Positions 52,540-61,389 of a DNA stretch of 64,000 nucleotides are shown piece by piece; position 1 is the stretch's first letter, and each line of letters begins with the position of its first letter. The DNA is taken from the NCBI GenBank assembly GCA_008690995.1, contig VRMN01000003.1, positions 930,001 to 994,000 of the forward strand, in the 5' to 3' direction. The translations under genes were made by a program, and so were the position numbers. The notes under the pieces were generated by a model. The model was not told the DNA's origin. It did no database searches and saw only the letters and a program-made list of their open reading frames with translations. Source of the DNA: Porphyridium purpureum. Taxonomy: Eukaryota.

Positions 52540-53108
52540 GTATGTATTCCTCAGGCACCTGACAGGGAAACGGATTCTGGTCCACGCAAACTAGCTCTTC
52601 GCTCGGTCGCCTCGCGCATGGGTCCCAAGACATTTCTGCCACGAATAGAATAAGCAAGTTGCGCAAGCTTTCGCGGGATGAGATGTTTTGCCTAGACCAG
52701 AAACACGTGCCAACTCATCAACCTGTCATGTCGCAGAAATCTGCGTTGTTCTGTCCCGTCATGCTCTTGTTGTCGTCACGAGCGGCCCAGCTAAAAGCCA
52801 GTCAAACCTTGCTTACGGTATCTGACGGGCCCGCGCGTAGGTTTCGGAAAAGGGGCCTTGCGGCTGGTAGCGAGTTTTGTCTTGTCAAACCACTGTCGCG
52901 CAAAGTTCGGCTTGTTGACTGGAATCGGATGGCACACGGATACTTTGCACCAACTCATGTGGCAACAAATCTGGTGCTGTGCCCCATGGAACACCTCGTC
53001 ATTGGTGTGTGAGGACCTTTCGGCCCTTGGTGCCTGACCTTGCTACTCTCTCGCTGCCTGTTACTCTTCATGCTGCTGCTGCAGTGTCGCCCAATATGCT
53101 GCCGCCAT
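52540..53108 (-). pseudogene. Frameshifted pseudogene of the tandem-array family
   Basis: DLLPHELVQ (52971-52945), frameshift, YPCAIRFQSTSRTLRDSGL; later RGRNVLGPMREAT, frameshift, EELVCVDQNPFPCQVPEEYI (QVPEEY at 52561-52544). The 5' boundary is approximate. Confidence 0.72.
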
Positions 53109-53395
53109 GGTGCTCGACGTCCTGTGCGGCATCACACAGAATCTTGCGCTCTGTGATATGCGCACCATTATGCGTGCGCCTCCCAAATAAACAACCTCAC
53201 GTCGAATTACTTCTGTAGAACAATTGACTTGCTCGTTCTCGCACGGCTATCGTCGGTCTTTTCCAGATCGCCGCGCTCACGGCCCTGGCGAGTCAAGGTA
53301 TCACCTGTCCGCGGTCGCAAAGACGAGGATGCCCATTCATTAACCAAAAAAGATGAGCTTGCGTAACGAACAGATGAAGGACTAGCAGATCCGGT

Positions 53396-54073
53396 TCACT
53401 CGCTTTGCCGGGCCGCAACGTCACTAACGCCGCTTCCTGCGGCCTCAGCCACAGCGCGATAGTCCATCGGCAGTACCGACAGAAATTCTTCCGGTATCTC
53501 GTCTGCTAGAGAGAACTGGTACTTTGTTACCAACTCCTCCCCCATGACCTCACGAACAGGTGGCAGAATGGTTCGTGCTCGCGGGAGGTCAGGATTACTC
53601 AAAATCTTCCCGTTCACCAATTGTTTCACTGAGTCCGGAATCGAAAGATGTCGTGTTCGTTCCTCGTACTGCATGTATCCCTTGTCTGAGAATTCCACGA
53701 CAAAGGATCCTGCCCGGCCTTGGATAACCCCCTGCCGCTCGATCCACTGTGTGTCTCTCGCGGTTGGAATACTGATGTTCCGGAATCTTCTATAAGTTCT
53801 GCTCAAGAAGAAGCGCGCGTCTTGAGACGTGGGAAAGAAGCCGCCTTCCACTAGCGTAGACTGCATGGTTCGATAAGGGATCGCTCGCGGGTAGGCTTGC
53901 ACCAGTGCGTACAGCACAAAGTCCACCGCCGTGAAAGGCTGCGCGTCGGTCTTCGCCGCCACGGCTCCCTCCGTCCCCGAGGCCGCACTACTCCATCGCG
54001 CAGCCACCGATCGCCGCCACGCGGCAACATTCACGACGCTACGCCGTGCAGCGCCAGCCAAAAGGATACTCAT
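53396..54073 (-). CDS. Tandem-array family protein, copy 4
   Basis: MSILLAGAARRSVVNVAAWRRSVAARWSSAAS; DFVLYALVQAYPRAIPY...VVEFSDKGY...DLPRARTILPPVREVMGEEL...EIPEEFL. Confidence 0.83.
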   Translation of the reverse strand: MSILLAGAARRSVVNVAAWRRSVAARWSSAASGTEGAVAAKTDAQPFTAVDFVLYALVQAYPRAIPYRTMQSTLVEGGFFPTSQDARFFLSRTYRRFRNISIPTARDTQWIERQGVIQGRAGSFVVEFSDKGYMQYEERTRHLSIPDSVKQLVNGKILSNPDLPRARTILPPVREVMGEELVTKYQFSLADEIPEEFLSVLPMDYRAVAEAAGSGVSDVAARQSE

Positions 54074-54451
54074 GGTCGATCCGTACTGTTTCTGTCTCTG
54101 AGACGATCTTTTCCGCACCTGCACACCAGAGCACCTGCTCTCGGTCGCAGCGAGATTTCGTTTATCCGGCGACAGAGCGCTGCACAGCAAAGTTAGAGAG
54201 AGGTAGTGGTAGTTCCAAGGAAAGGCGCTTTGTATCGACTATCTCTGCGGGCCTAGAAGAAGAAAAACATGGTGTCTTGTTATCCCGAAAAGACGAACCC
54301 ATCTATGGAGCAAGGAAAGCTTGCTCATTTGAATGCGCATCGACGACGGCGACAACAATGACCAGCACAGCCATACGCCCGGGCCATGCGCGCCCAGCTT
54401 GTGTGCTTCAATACTAGGCGTCCATCCGTGACCTGTTTGTTAGTCGATTTC

Positions 54452-55130
54452 TTACCTTTTACTGTCCATGCTGACTTTCGCGGGCCACTTGCGGGCACGG
54501 AATTCCATGCTCAACACCGACATGTATTCTTCCGGCAAATCTTCTGCGAAGAAGTGCCGGTACTTTCCAGCAAGTTGCTTACCCATGGCCTTCAGCACTG
54601 GCGGTAGAATGATTTTGGAGCGTGGCAAGTCACTCAAACTCAGGATTGAGCTGTGTACAACATGTTCCACTTTATCAGGAGGGACAAAGTGGCGCGTTCT
54701 CGCGTCGAAGAGACGATATCCATTCTCTGATATATCCACCACAAAGGAGCCATTTTGTCCTTTCACCGTGCCATTCCGGTCAAGCCATTCTTGGTCTGCT
54801 GCCGCCGCGATGGTGCCATTCTTATATGTTTTGCAAGTCACTCTTGTGAACAGTTTTGCCTGCTGGACCGAAGGCAAGAATCCAGATTCTACAAGTGCGG
54901 CGTGCATCCTTTTGTATGGAACGGCGCACGGGTAAGCTTGTGCCTGCGCATACAAGATGAGGTCGACAGGTCCGAATAGATCCGCTTCCAAAGTTCCCGG
55001 CTGTCGCACTCGACGTCTCTTGGACCTTGCCGTGCTGCTCCATCGAGCCAGCAGCATGGAACGCCATGGAACGCCGTGCAACGCTTCTGGCTCCGCTGCG
55101 CGCACCCACAGTGGCTGATACCGTCCACAT
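54452..55130 (-). pseudogene. Tandem-array family copy 5: body ORF intact, presequence out of frame because of a 10-bp duplication (or expressed from ATG 55057)
   Basis: Body DLILYAQAQAYPCAVPY...VVDISENGY...DLPRSKIILPPV...DLPEEYM. ATG 55130 (MWTVSATVGARSGARSVARRSM) is out of frame. ATGGAACGCC is duplicated at 55056-55075; removing one copy gives a 669-nt in-frame CDS. Confidence 0.7.
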
Positions 55131-55425
55131 GTTGAAGTGCCGTCACTCGCGCCTCTGCGATGTCGAAGAAGAAAGGAGTAAAAGCGTTGAGAGAATGGTC
55201 AATTTTTTTAATATTTCCTAGGTCCATTACTCTCAGGGATTGTGACAGTGTGGCGGCGTGGAATTGATCTGATTCTTGCAAATTGCTTTGGCGCCTCTCA
55301 GATATCAGAAGCGACGGGCATAAGTACAGAATGACGCCGCGTGCATTTTTATATACTCAAGATCTATCCGTGGTGCGGAATATGGCCCGAGCCAGAGATT
55401 CAAGCAAACACGCACGTGAGCCTTT

Positions 55426-56577
55426 TCATCGAGATCCGAGCGCCTTGATCGAAGATCTGGCGTCGTTCAATTTCTGCTCGGTGAACAGGCGCTCAGCGTC
55501 CGCAAGATCGTTTTGCTGGAGTCGGGAGATGTAGTCCGATTCAACGGACAACAACAACAGCATCTTGAGATCCAGAACAGCCGCTGGTGCCAGATCAAAA
55601 GATTCCGGGCACGCCGGCTGCGCGCTCGTTGGCACGTCTGTATACGACTGTGCACTGATTGTTCTCGACTTTGGCGTTGGGTCGGTGCTTGCATCCTCCC
55701 TATCGTCAAGCATTTCTGCAGGCACCCAATCATCGTCGTCGTCATCATCCCCTACGCAAAGATTCGAGTTGGATGGATTCGTACGAGCAGTCTTGAAAGA
55801 TGGCGCTTGCGAAGTCCGGGTAGACTTTGGAGTCACCATTGTCCCTCCTTTGATCGCAGCAAAACGAAAGACATGGTCTCCTGGCCCGTCGGCGGATGCG
55901 AGAGGCGAGTCGGCCGATGTGCTTTCCGGGTCTATCTGCAAGCGCACCTGCGGCTTACTGAAGTCAAGCACTTCTACTACTGAGCTTTGCGAGTCTTGAC
56001 CATCAGGCCTGCTTGGAGCATCCCTGTGTGCGCTTTTCTTCTGCCCGTTTGCATCTGCAAGGGCATTCAGACTTCCCGTCGCGGCCTCAAGCCTATCGAG
56101 CAGCAATTCTTCCTCGCGGAGGGCGTCCAGGTCTGAGTTGGACAAATTAAGCGACGTGTCCATGCCGCGATGTGAGCCAGCGCGCGAGCTGTTCGAGCTG
56201 CTTGCGCTGGACCGGTTCGCCATATCTTTAAGTCTCGTGCTGAAGCGCGTGCTCTTGCGCTTTTCAGGCGTCCCAGCGGGCTCGCGCGTACCTGGGTGAG
56301 AAAAGTCAAGTTCACCGTTCGTGCCTGGCGCTGACTGAGCGCGTGGTGCCATTGACAATTCACCTTTTACGCCGACGCTGGAGCGCGCACGTGGCGCGAG
56401 AGACGGATTCTCAGGGCTCGAAAAATGCACGCGCGTTCCATCGCTACTGCTGAGCTCCACGGAGCCTTCTCGCGCGTGATCAAGGTCGACGTCCCCCGTC
56501 GGACTAAAGTACACTTTCTGACCGGCCGAGCTCGACTTTGCGCGCCCCGTCTTGATACGCCTCAGCAGCTTGGACAT
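55426..56577 (-). CDS. Hypothetical, largely low-complexity protein
   Basis: 383-aa ATG ORF, Ser/Asp-rich with a helical C-terminus; no recognised domain. Confidence 0.65.
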   Translation of the reverse strand: MSKLLRRIKTGRAKSSSAGQKVYFSPTGDVDLDHAREGSVELSSSDGTRVHFSSPENPSLAPRARSSVGVKGELSMAPRAQSAPGTNGELDFSHPGTREPAGTPEKRKSTRFSTRLKDMANRSSASSSNSSRAGSHRGMDTSLNLSNSDLDALREEELLLDRLEAATGSLNALADANGQKKSAHRDAPSRPDGQDSQSSVVEVLDFSKPQVRLQIDPESTSADSPLASADGPGDHVFRFAAIKGGTMVTPKSTRTSQAPSFKTARTNPSNSNLCVGDDDDDDDWVPAEMLDDREDASTDPTPKSRTISAQSYTDVPTSAQPACPESFDLAPAAVLDLKMLLLLSVESDYISRLQQNDLADAERLFTEQKLNDARSSIKALGSR

Positions 56578-56999
56578 CTCGACGCGTGGCAGCGTGTGCC
56601 GCGTGGGTGGCGCTTTCGAAGTCCGGTTTCTTTTCTTTCTTTCAGGTCAACACGTATCTCCCCGCTTGTCAGCCATACGACGCGCAGTGACTTCCCGCGC
56701 CGCAGTAGGCAACACAGCTTTTGCGCAAGTTGTCACGGGTGGAGCGTCTCGCCCGCTTCCAACCGAGACGACATGCGACTATGATTACACGCACCCGACA
56801 CATAACCGACGGTTCAGCCTTGACGTCAAGCATCCGTGCCATCGACTTGTCGGCTTATCGGCTTACCGGCTCAAAAATAGTTGCGCCGATTGTGATAACT
56901 GTACCACAACGGACAACTTCTGCCCTTCGACTCTGCTGCCACGGCTTGCTCCTGCATGGCTCACGTTGCGGTCTCTCGCTTTCGCACGTTTCTCGTTTA

Positions 57000-58406
57000 T
57001 TACTGCACATGAAAGTTATGGGCTGAGCGCCCCGTGAGCGTGTTCTCGTCCACCGACGTCATGACAAAGCTCTGCACTTTGTTTCCGCCCCAGCCCGGAT
57101 CGCCGCGTGTGCTGCCTGCCGCGGCTGCCTTGTCCGGCGACATGGCCGCTGCGCGCGCCATTTCGCCGTGCACTACAGCAGATTGCTCTGCTGGTAACGT
57201 GCTCGGTGACACCTTGCCCCCAAATCCACCGGCCACCACTTCAAACGACTGCGCCAGCCTTCCCTGATCCACACCCGAGAATCCTCCGCTATCGCCGTGG
57301 AAAAACATCTCTTCTCGCCCAAACGCGTCCCGCATTTGCTGCTCTGTGTAGCCATAGCCTTCGAACTCAAACTCTCGCTGGTCGATCACTACCGGCGGTG
57401 CGCCGTACCCGAGCTGCTTTGTGAATTCAATAAGATACGGATGCATCAGCGCGTCACGTGCCGAAATGCGCTGCAGCGGGTCAACGTGCAGCATACGGCT
57501 TGTCAAATCCAGAGCCTGCGGATCAGCGTGGGGCAACAGCTCGGATAGGCTGACTGGGGTCTGGTTCGCATGCTGCGCCATCTCGCGCTTAAAGTGCGGC
57601 GGCATAATGTGATCGAGCGACTGGAATGCCGCGAATCCTTGCAGCGCCAGAATAAGCTGCAAATGATGCCACTGCGATATACTTGGAAATAAGGGTTGGC
57701 CTCGGCTCAAAATTTCAAAAAAGATGCATCCCACGGCCCACATGTCAATCGCAGAGGTGTACGGACGGAGGGGATTGAGTACCAGCTCTGGCGCTCGATA
57801 CCAGCGCGTCGAAACATAGTCTGTCCATAAGTTTGTTTCTGAATCCACGTGCGGGCCCAGCACGGCGCGACTCATTCCAAAATCGCACAGAAACAAGTGA
57901 CATTTGCTGTTCACCAATATGTTCGACGGTTTCAGGTCGCGATGCATGACACCCGAGCCATGCAAAAATGCAATGGCGCGCGCAATCTGGAACATGAGGT
58001 ACTTGGTATGGTTTGACTGCAGCTTGGTCTTGCTGCGCAGGAGCACACTGAGATCGGATGGCATGAGGTCGAGAACGAGAAAGATTTCAGAGAAGTTTTC
58101 GCGACTCGGCGCGAGAATCAGGTCCTTCATGTTGATGATATTTTCGTGCTGCGACAGCAAGCGCAGAAATTTGATCTCGCGCAAATTCCGTGACGCTAGC
58201 CGATAGTTTGACATGGATTCGTGCATGCGCTTGATCGCGACAGGTTCATTCGTCACGGTATCCACTCCTGAACAAACGACTCCGTACGAACCGGAGCCAA
58301 TCATCTCCTTCACGTAGTACCTGTTCTGCCGGAGGCCCGCAAGAACCCCAAACTGCGACCCAACCTGGCTCAAAGGCGCATTCGCTTTTGACTCCATGCC
58401 AGCCAT
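57000..58406 (-). CDS. Mitogen-activated protein kinase, TDY type (plant group D-like)
   Basis: IGSGSYGVVCS, LREIKFLRLL, HRDLKPSNIL, CDFGMSR and the activation loop WTDYVSTRWYRAPEL. Confidence 0.94.
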   Translation of the reverse strand: MAGMESKANAPLSQVGSQFGVLAGLRQNRYYVKEMIGSGSYGVVCSGVDTVTNEPVAIKRMHESMSNYRLASRNLREIKFLRLLSQHENIINMKDLILAPSRENFSEIFLVLDLMPSDLSVLLRSKTKLQSNHTKYLMFQIARAIAFLHGSGVMHRDLKPSNILVNSKCHLFLCDFGMSRAVLGPHVDSETNLWTDYVSTRWYRAPELVLNPLRPYTSAIDMWAVGCIFFEILSRGQPLFPSISQWHHLQLILALQGFAAFQSLDHIMPPHFKREMAQHANQTPVSLSELLPHADPQALDLTSRMLHVDPLQRISARDALMHPYLIEFTKQLGYGAPPVVIDQREFEFEGYGYTEQQMRDAFGREEMFFHGDSGGFSGVDQGRLAQSFEVVAGGFGGKVSPSTLPAEQSAVVHGEMARAAAMSPDKAAAAGSTRGDPGWGGNKVQSFVMTSVDENTLTGRSAHNFHVQ

Positions 58407-58735
58407 GGCGCTTGTCCTGCCTCAGGCACGAGGACGCTGAATCGCTGACGAAGACCGAACTTCACACGTGAGAGGCAAAGCACGTCCGGTCGCCACCGGT
58501 CAGCTCGCGCGCCGGGTGACGCCAAGAGTGCGTTGGGGACGCTCCGCAAAAGAATCAACACTCGCGTACACCGATGCCTCTCACCTTCGCCGTTTCCCTC
58601 GCTGTATTTCCAAGTGTCGGAGTCGGTTCACGGCGTGCGGGACCAAAACTGCTGGACGGTGTCTCAGGCGGACCGAGATGCACCCCCGCGTCACGCACTT
58701 CTTGTCAAGACATGCGCGCACTCTTACTCTCTGCG

Positions 58736-58738
<3 letters not shown>

Positions 58739-58766
<28 letters not shown>
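58739..58766. repeat. (CT)14 microsatellite upstream of the MAPK
   Basis: Perfect CT run read directly from the sequence. Confidence 0.85.
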
Positions 58767-60825
58767 ATGCTGGCGTCGTCACAATCCTCGCGCGCCTGCG
58801 GTACTCACGTTGTGTGTCGTTCCTTCACGAAGCCGGGAAAACCAGCTTCGGATTCGCGGAATCACAAACTCGTTCGTAAACGCTATTTCTATCAGAAGAA
58901 AGCACTTACAGGGCTGTACCCGTTGAGTGGCAGCATCACGCACGGAGCACACGCCTCAGAATCGTCGCCGGACTGCGAGCAAGCAGCTTTCTCAAGGGCA
59001 GCATTGCTGGACAGAAGCGGCGGTCCCCGTCGAATCCGTGCGGCTTGCGCGGTGGTGTGGCTTGTGTCTGACTCGCAGAAGTATGCTTCTGCGAAGAGGA
59101 GAGAAAGGAAATCCGGTTGCGCCCAGTCGCGCCTCGTTGTGCCTCTGCCTCTGCAAAACGGTTCGAGTCGCTGCCATCATAATTAGATTCAAACGTTTCG
59201 TATGGGCCAGCGCTGCGGTTGTGCATATTGCAGAACACTCGGCACGATGATTTTAGGCCACGGTGGCCCTGCCATGTGTTCCATTCTTCATGGTTATGGC
59301 GCTCGTCAGCGCAAGGAGTGTACGGCCATAATCCAGTCGGGGATATCTGATTTGTTGGAGACGCCAACGACCCGTGCACACAGCGTCAGAGCGCCGACCA
59401 CGCAGCAAGCACGCGCCCAGAGCGTCCAAGCAACACGCACCGTACCCACTGTACTTTGTATTCATTCGTCCCGACCAAGTCTATGATAGAACGGTGTTAT
59501 TTTGTGATAGCATCCGTTCCTTTGGACTTCTGAAACGTTGTAGTGAAACCTGGATTCTTGTGTGTACGCAAGGTCTGTGTCACATTTGCGTTACGTGTGT
59601 TCTGGTTGTTCGTTGAGAGTCGTCTCGCTGATTTACTGGAAATGAAAGTCGCATCGAGAGCGCGCGACGTCTCGACAAGGAGGTCCGACCCGGTCTTGCG
59701 TCGCCCTAAATAGTCGCTACACGTGCGACCAGTTCAGGCCTCCGAACGCTTCTGCAGAATTTTCTTGAGTTCCTGCGGCCCAGCTTTTCGCTGCTCGCTT
59801 CCACGAAGAACGGATATGATGGTAAGGTGGACACAAATTAAAAGGCAGTCCCTTCGTGGATGAAACTGCTCGTTCTTGAGGGAAAGACAAGCTTACCAGT
59901 TTCTGCTTTCGAAAAAATCATTTGAACCTGCCACAAACAGTCCCTGTGAGTTCCAGGTGACTGGATGGAGATGAAGCGGACGATGCCAGGGAGCGGAGAC
60001 CAAACTTGCTACCGCTTCGTCCCAACCCTCCTGACGTGCTTTCGGCGGGTAGGCTCGGAGAACTGCTGGCAAACTTCAAGCTCAATGCTTGTCATACGCC
60101 GCTCACGGTCGTTTCGGAACCTCTGCGACTTTGACCAGACAGCGCAGAATGTTTCTAGAGCGCCAGGCTCGGTGTAAATACCCAAGAAACCACGTGATGC
60201 GCACCCTGCGCAGTCCTCGCTTGTGACCAATGGAGCGTCGACCGCTGTGTTGTGCTGCAGATCCTTTGAACTAGAAGGCTGCGGCTTGCGCGCTCGCAGC
60301 TTATATGTGTGGGGCAATTTCATTCACATTTTTACCATGTCGCTTGCGAGCACGAACGCGAAGACGCGATGCTGAGAAGGTGTTTGGCTCGCTCAACACC
60401 TTTTGCCTCTTGCTCTCTTCGCGACCTACTGACGCCGCGACTGGGTTTCACGCATGTTCTCTGTTGGTTTGGCGTTCAATCGTATTTTGACCGGATACAC
60501 TCGAGTCGGCTGCGTGTCTGTTTGGCTGTCGTTGAGCATGGCTACGTCGGGGGCCAAAGCTAGTTGAACGTGTTTCAGGAAGGTTTGAATGGTCGCACAG
60601 AGCGCAACAGCCCGTGCGGAGGGCCGCCAAGTTTCCAAAGTGGGTTGCAGCTGCGCAGGCCCCAGCACGACGGTCTGCTAGCTGAGGGAGAGGGCTGAGC
60701 TGGCAACGGTTCCGCACGCGTTGGCGCGATGCGGAACGTCGCAGGCTCCACTGCGTGAGCTGTCCTCCATGGACACTGCACGGACGACCAAGCGTTGAGC
60801 GCCGCGCGCGCCAGCCGGCGCCGCC

Positions 60826-61252
60826 ATTGGGAGTGACGGCGGACGGACGATCAGTGTACCCATCACTGTACCGCAGTGTCCTGATTGGGTGGGCGCAGCA
60901 CGCGGGGCTGCGATTGGGTGAACCTACGGGGAGGTAGCCGGCGCGCACGCGCGCGGCGCGTTTTGATTGGACAGAGCGGCGCGTGGAGTTCGCCCGAGGC
61001 TGACCACACAGGAGCCGAGAAACGCGGGTCGAAAAGTTCGTTGACAGAATGTGGCGGGAGGGCGTCGCTGTGGCGGTGGCTGTGTGGATGGGTGTCGGTG
61101 CGGATGGACAATGTGGGGTGAAATTGTCCAGCAAGACACCCATGTGATTCAGACCACGCAGCTGCATTGTCGGCACACGGAAGCAGGACGTTTCGGGCGT
61201 CGCGCCTCAATTGGGCAACTGCAGCCAAAGCCGCGCAACGCGACGTATAAAA
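60826..61252 (+). promoter_or_regulatory. Putative Pol II promoter of the sugar-phosphate cyclase: five reverse CCAAT boxes and a TATA box
   Basis: ATTGG at 60826, 60884, 60913, 60966 and 61210; TATAAAA at 61246-61252, about 140 nt upstream of ATG 61390. Confidence 0.55.
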
Positions 61253-61389
61253 GCGCGACGCATCAGCTGTAGTCGGAGCGGGAAGGAGAAGAAGAGCAGG
61301 TCAGAGAATAGCAAGGCGAACGCAGCACTCGGGGAAGTAGGGGTGAAGAGGAGTTAGGAAGAAGTGCCTGAACGAGCATTGCAAGCAAA

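Noticed and set aside
59965..60323. Short ORFs in the long intergenic region as possible transposon remnants
   Set aside because: No RT, integrase, transposase or gag motif, and no terminal repeats recognised.
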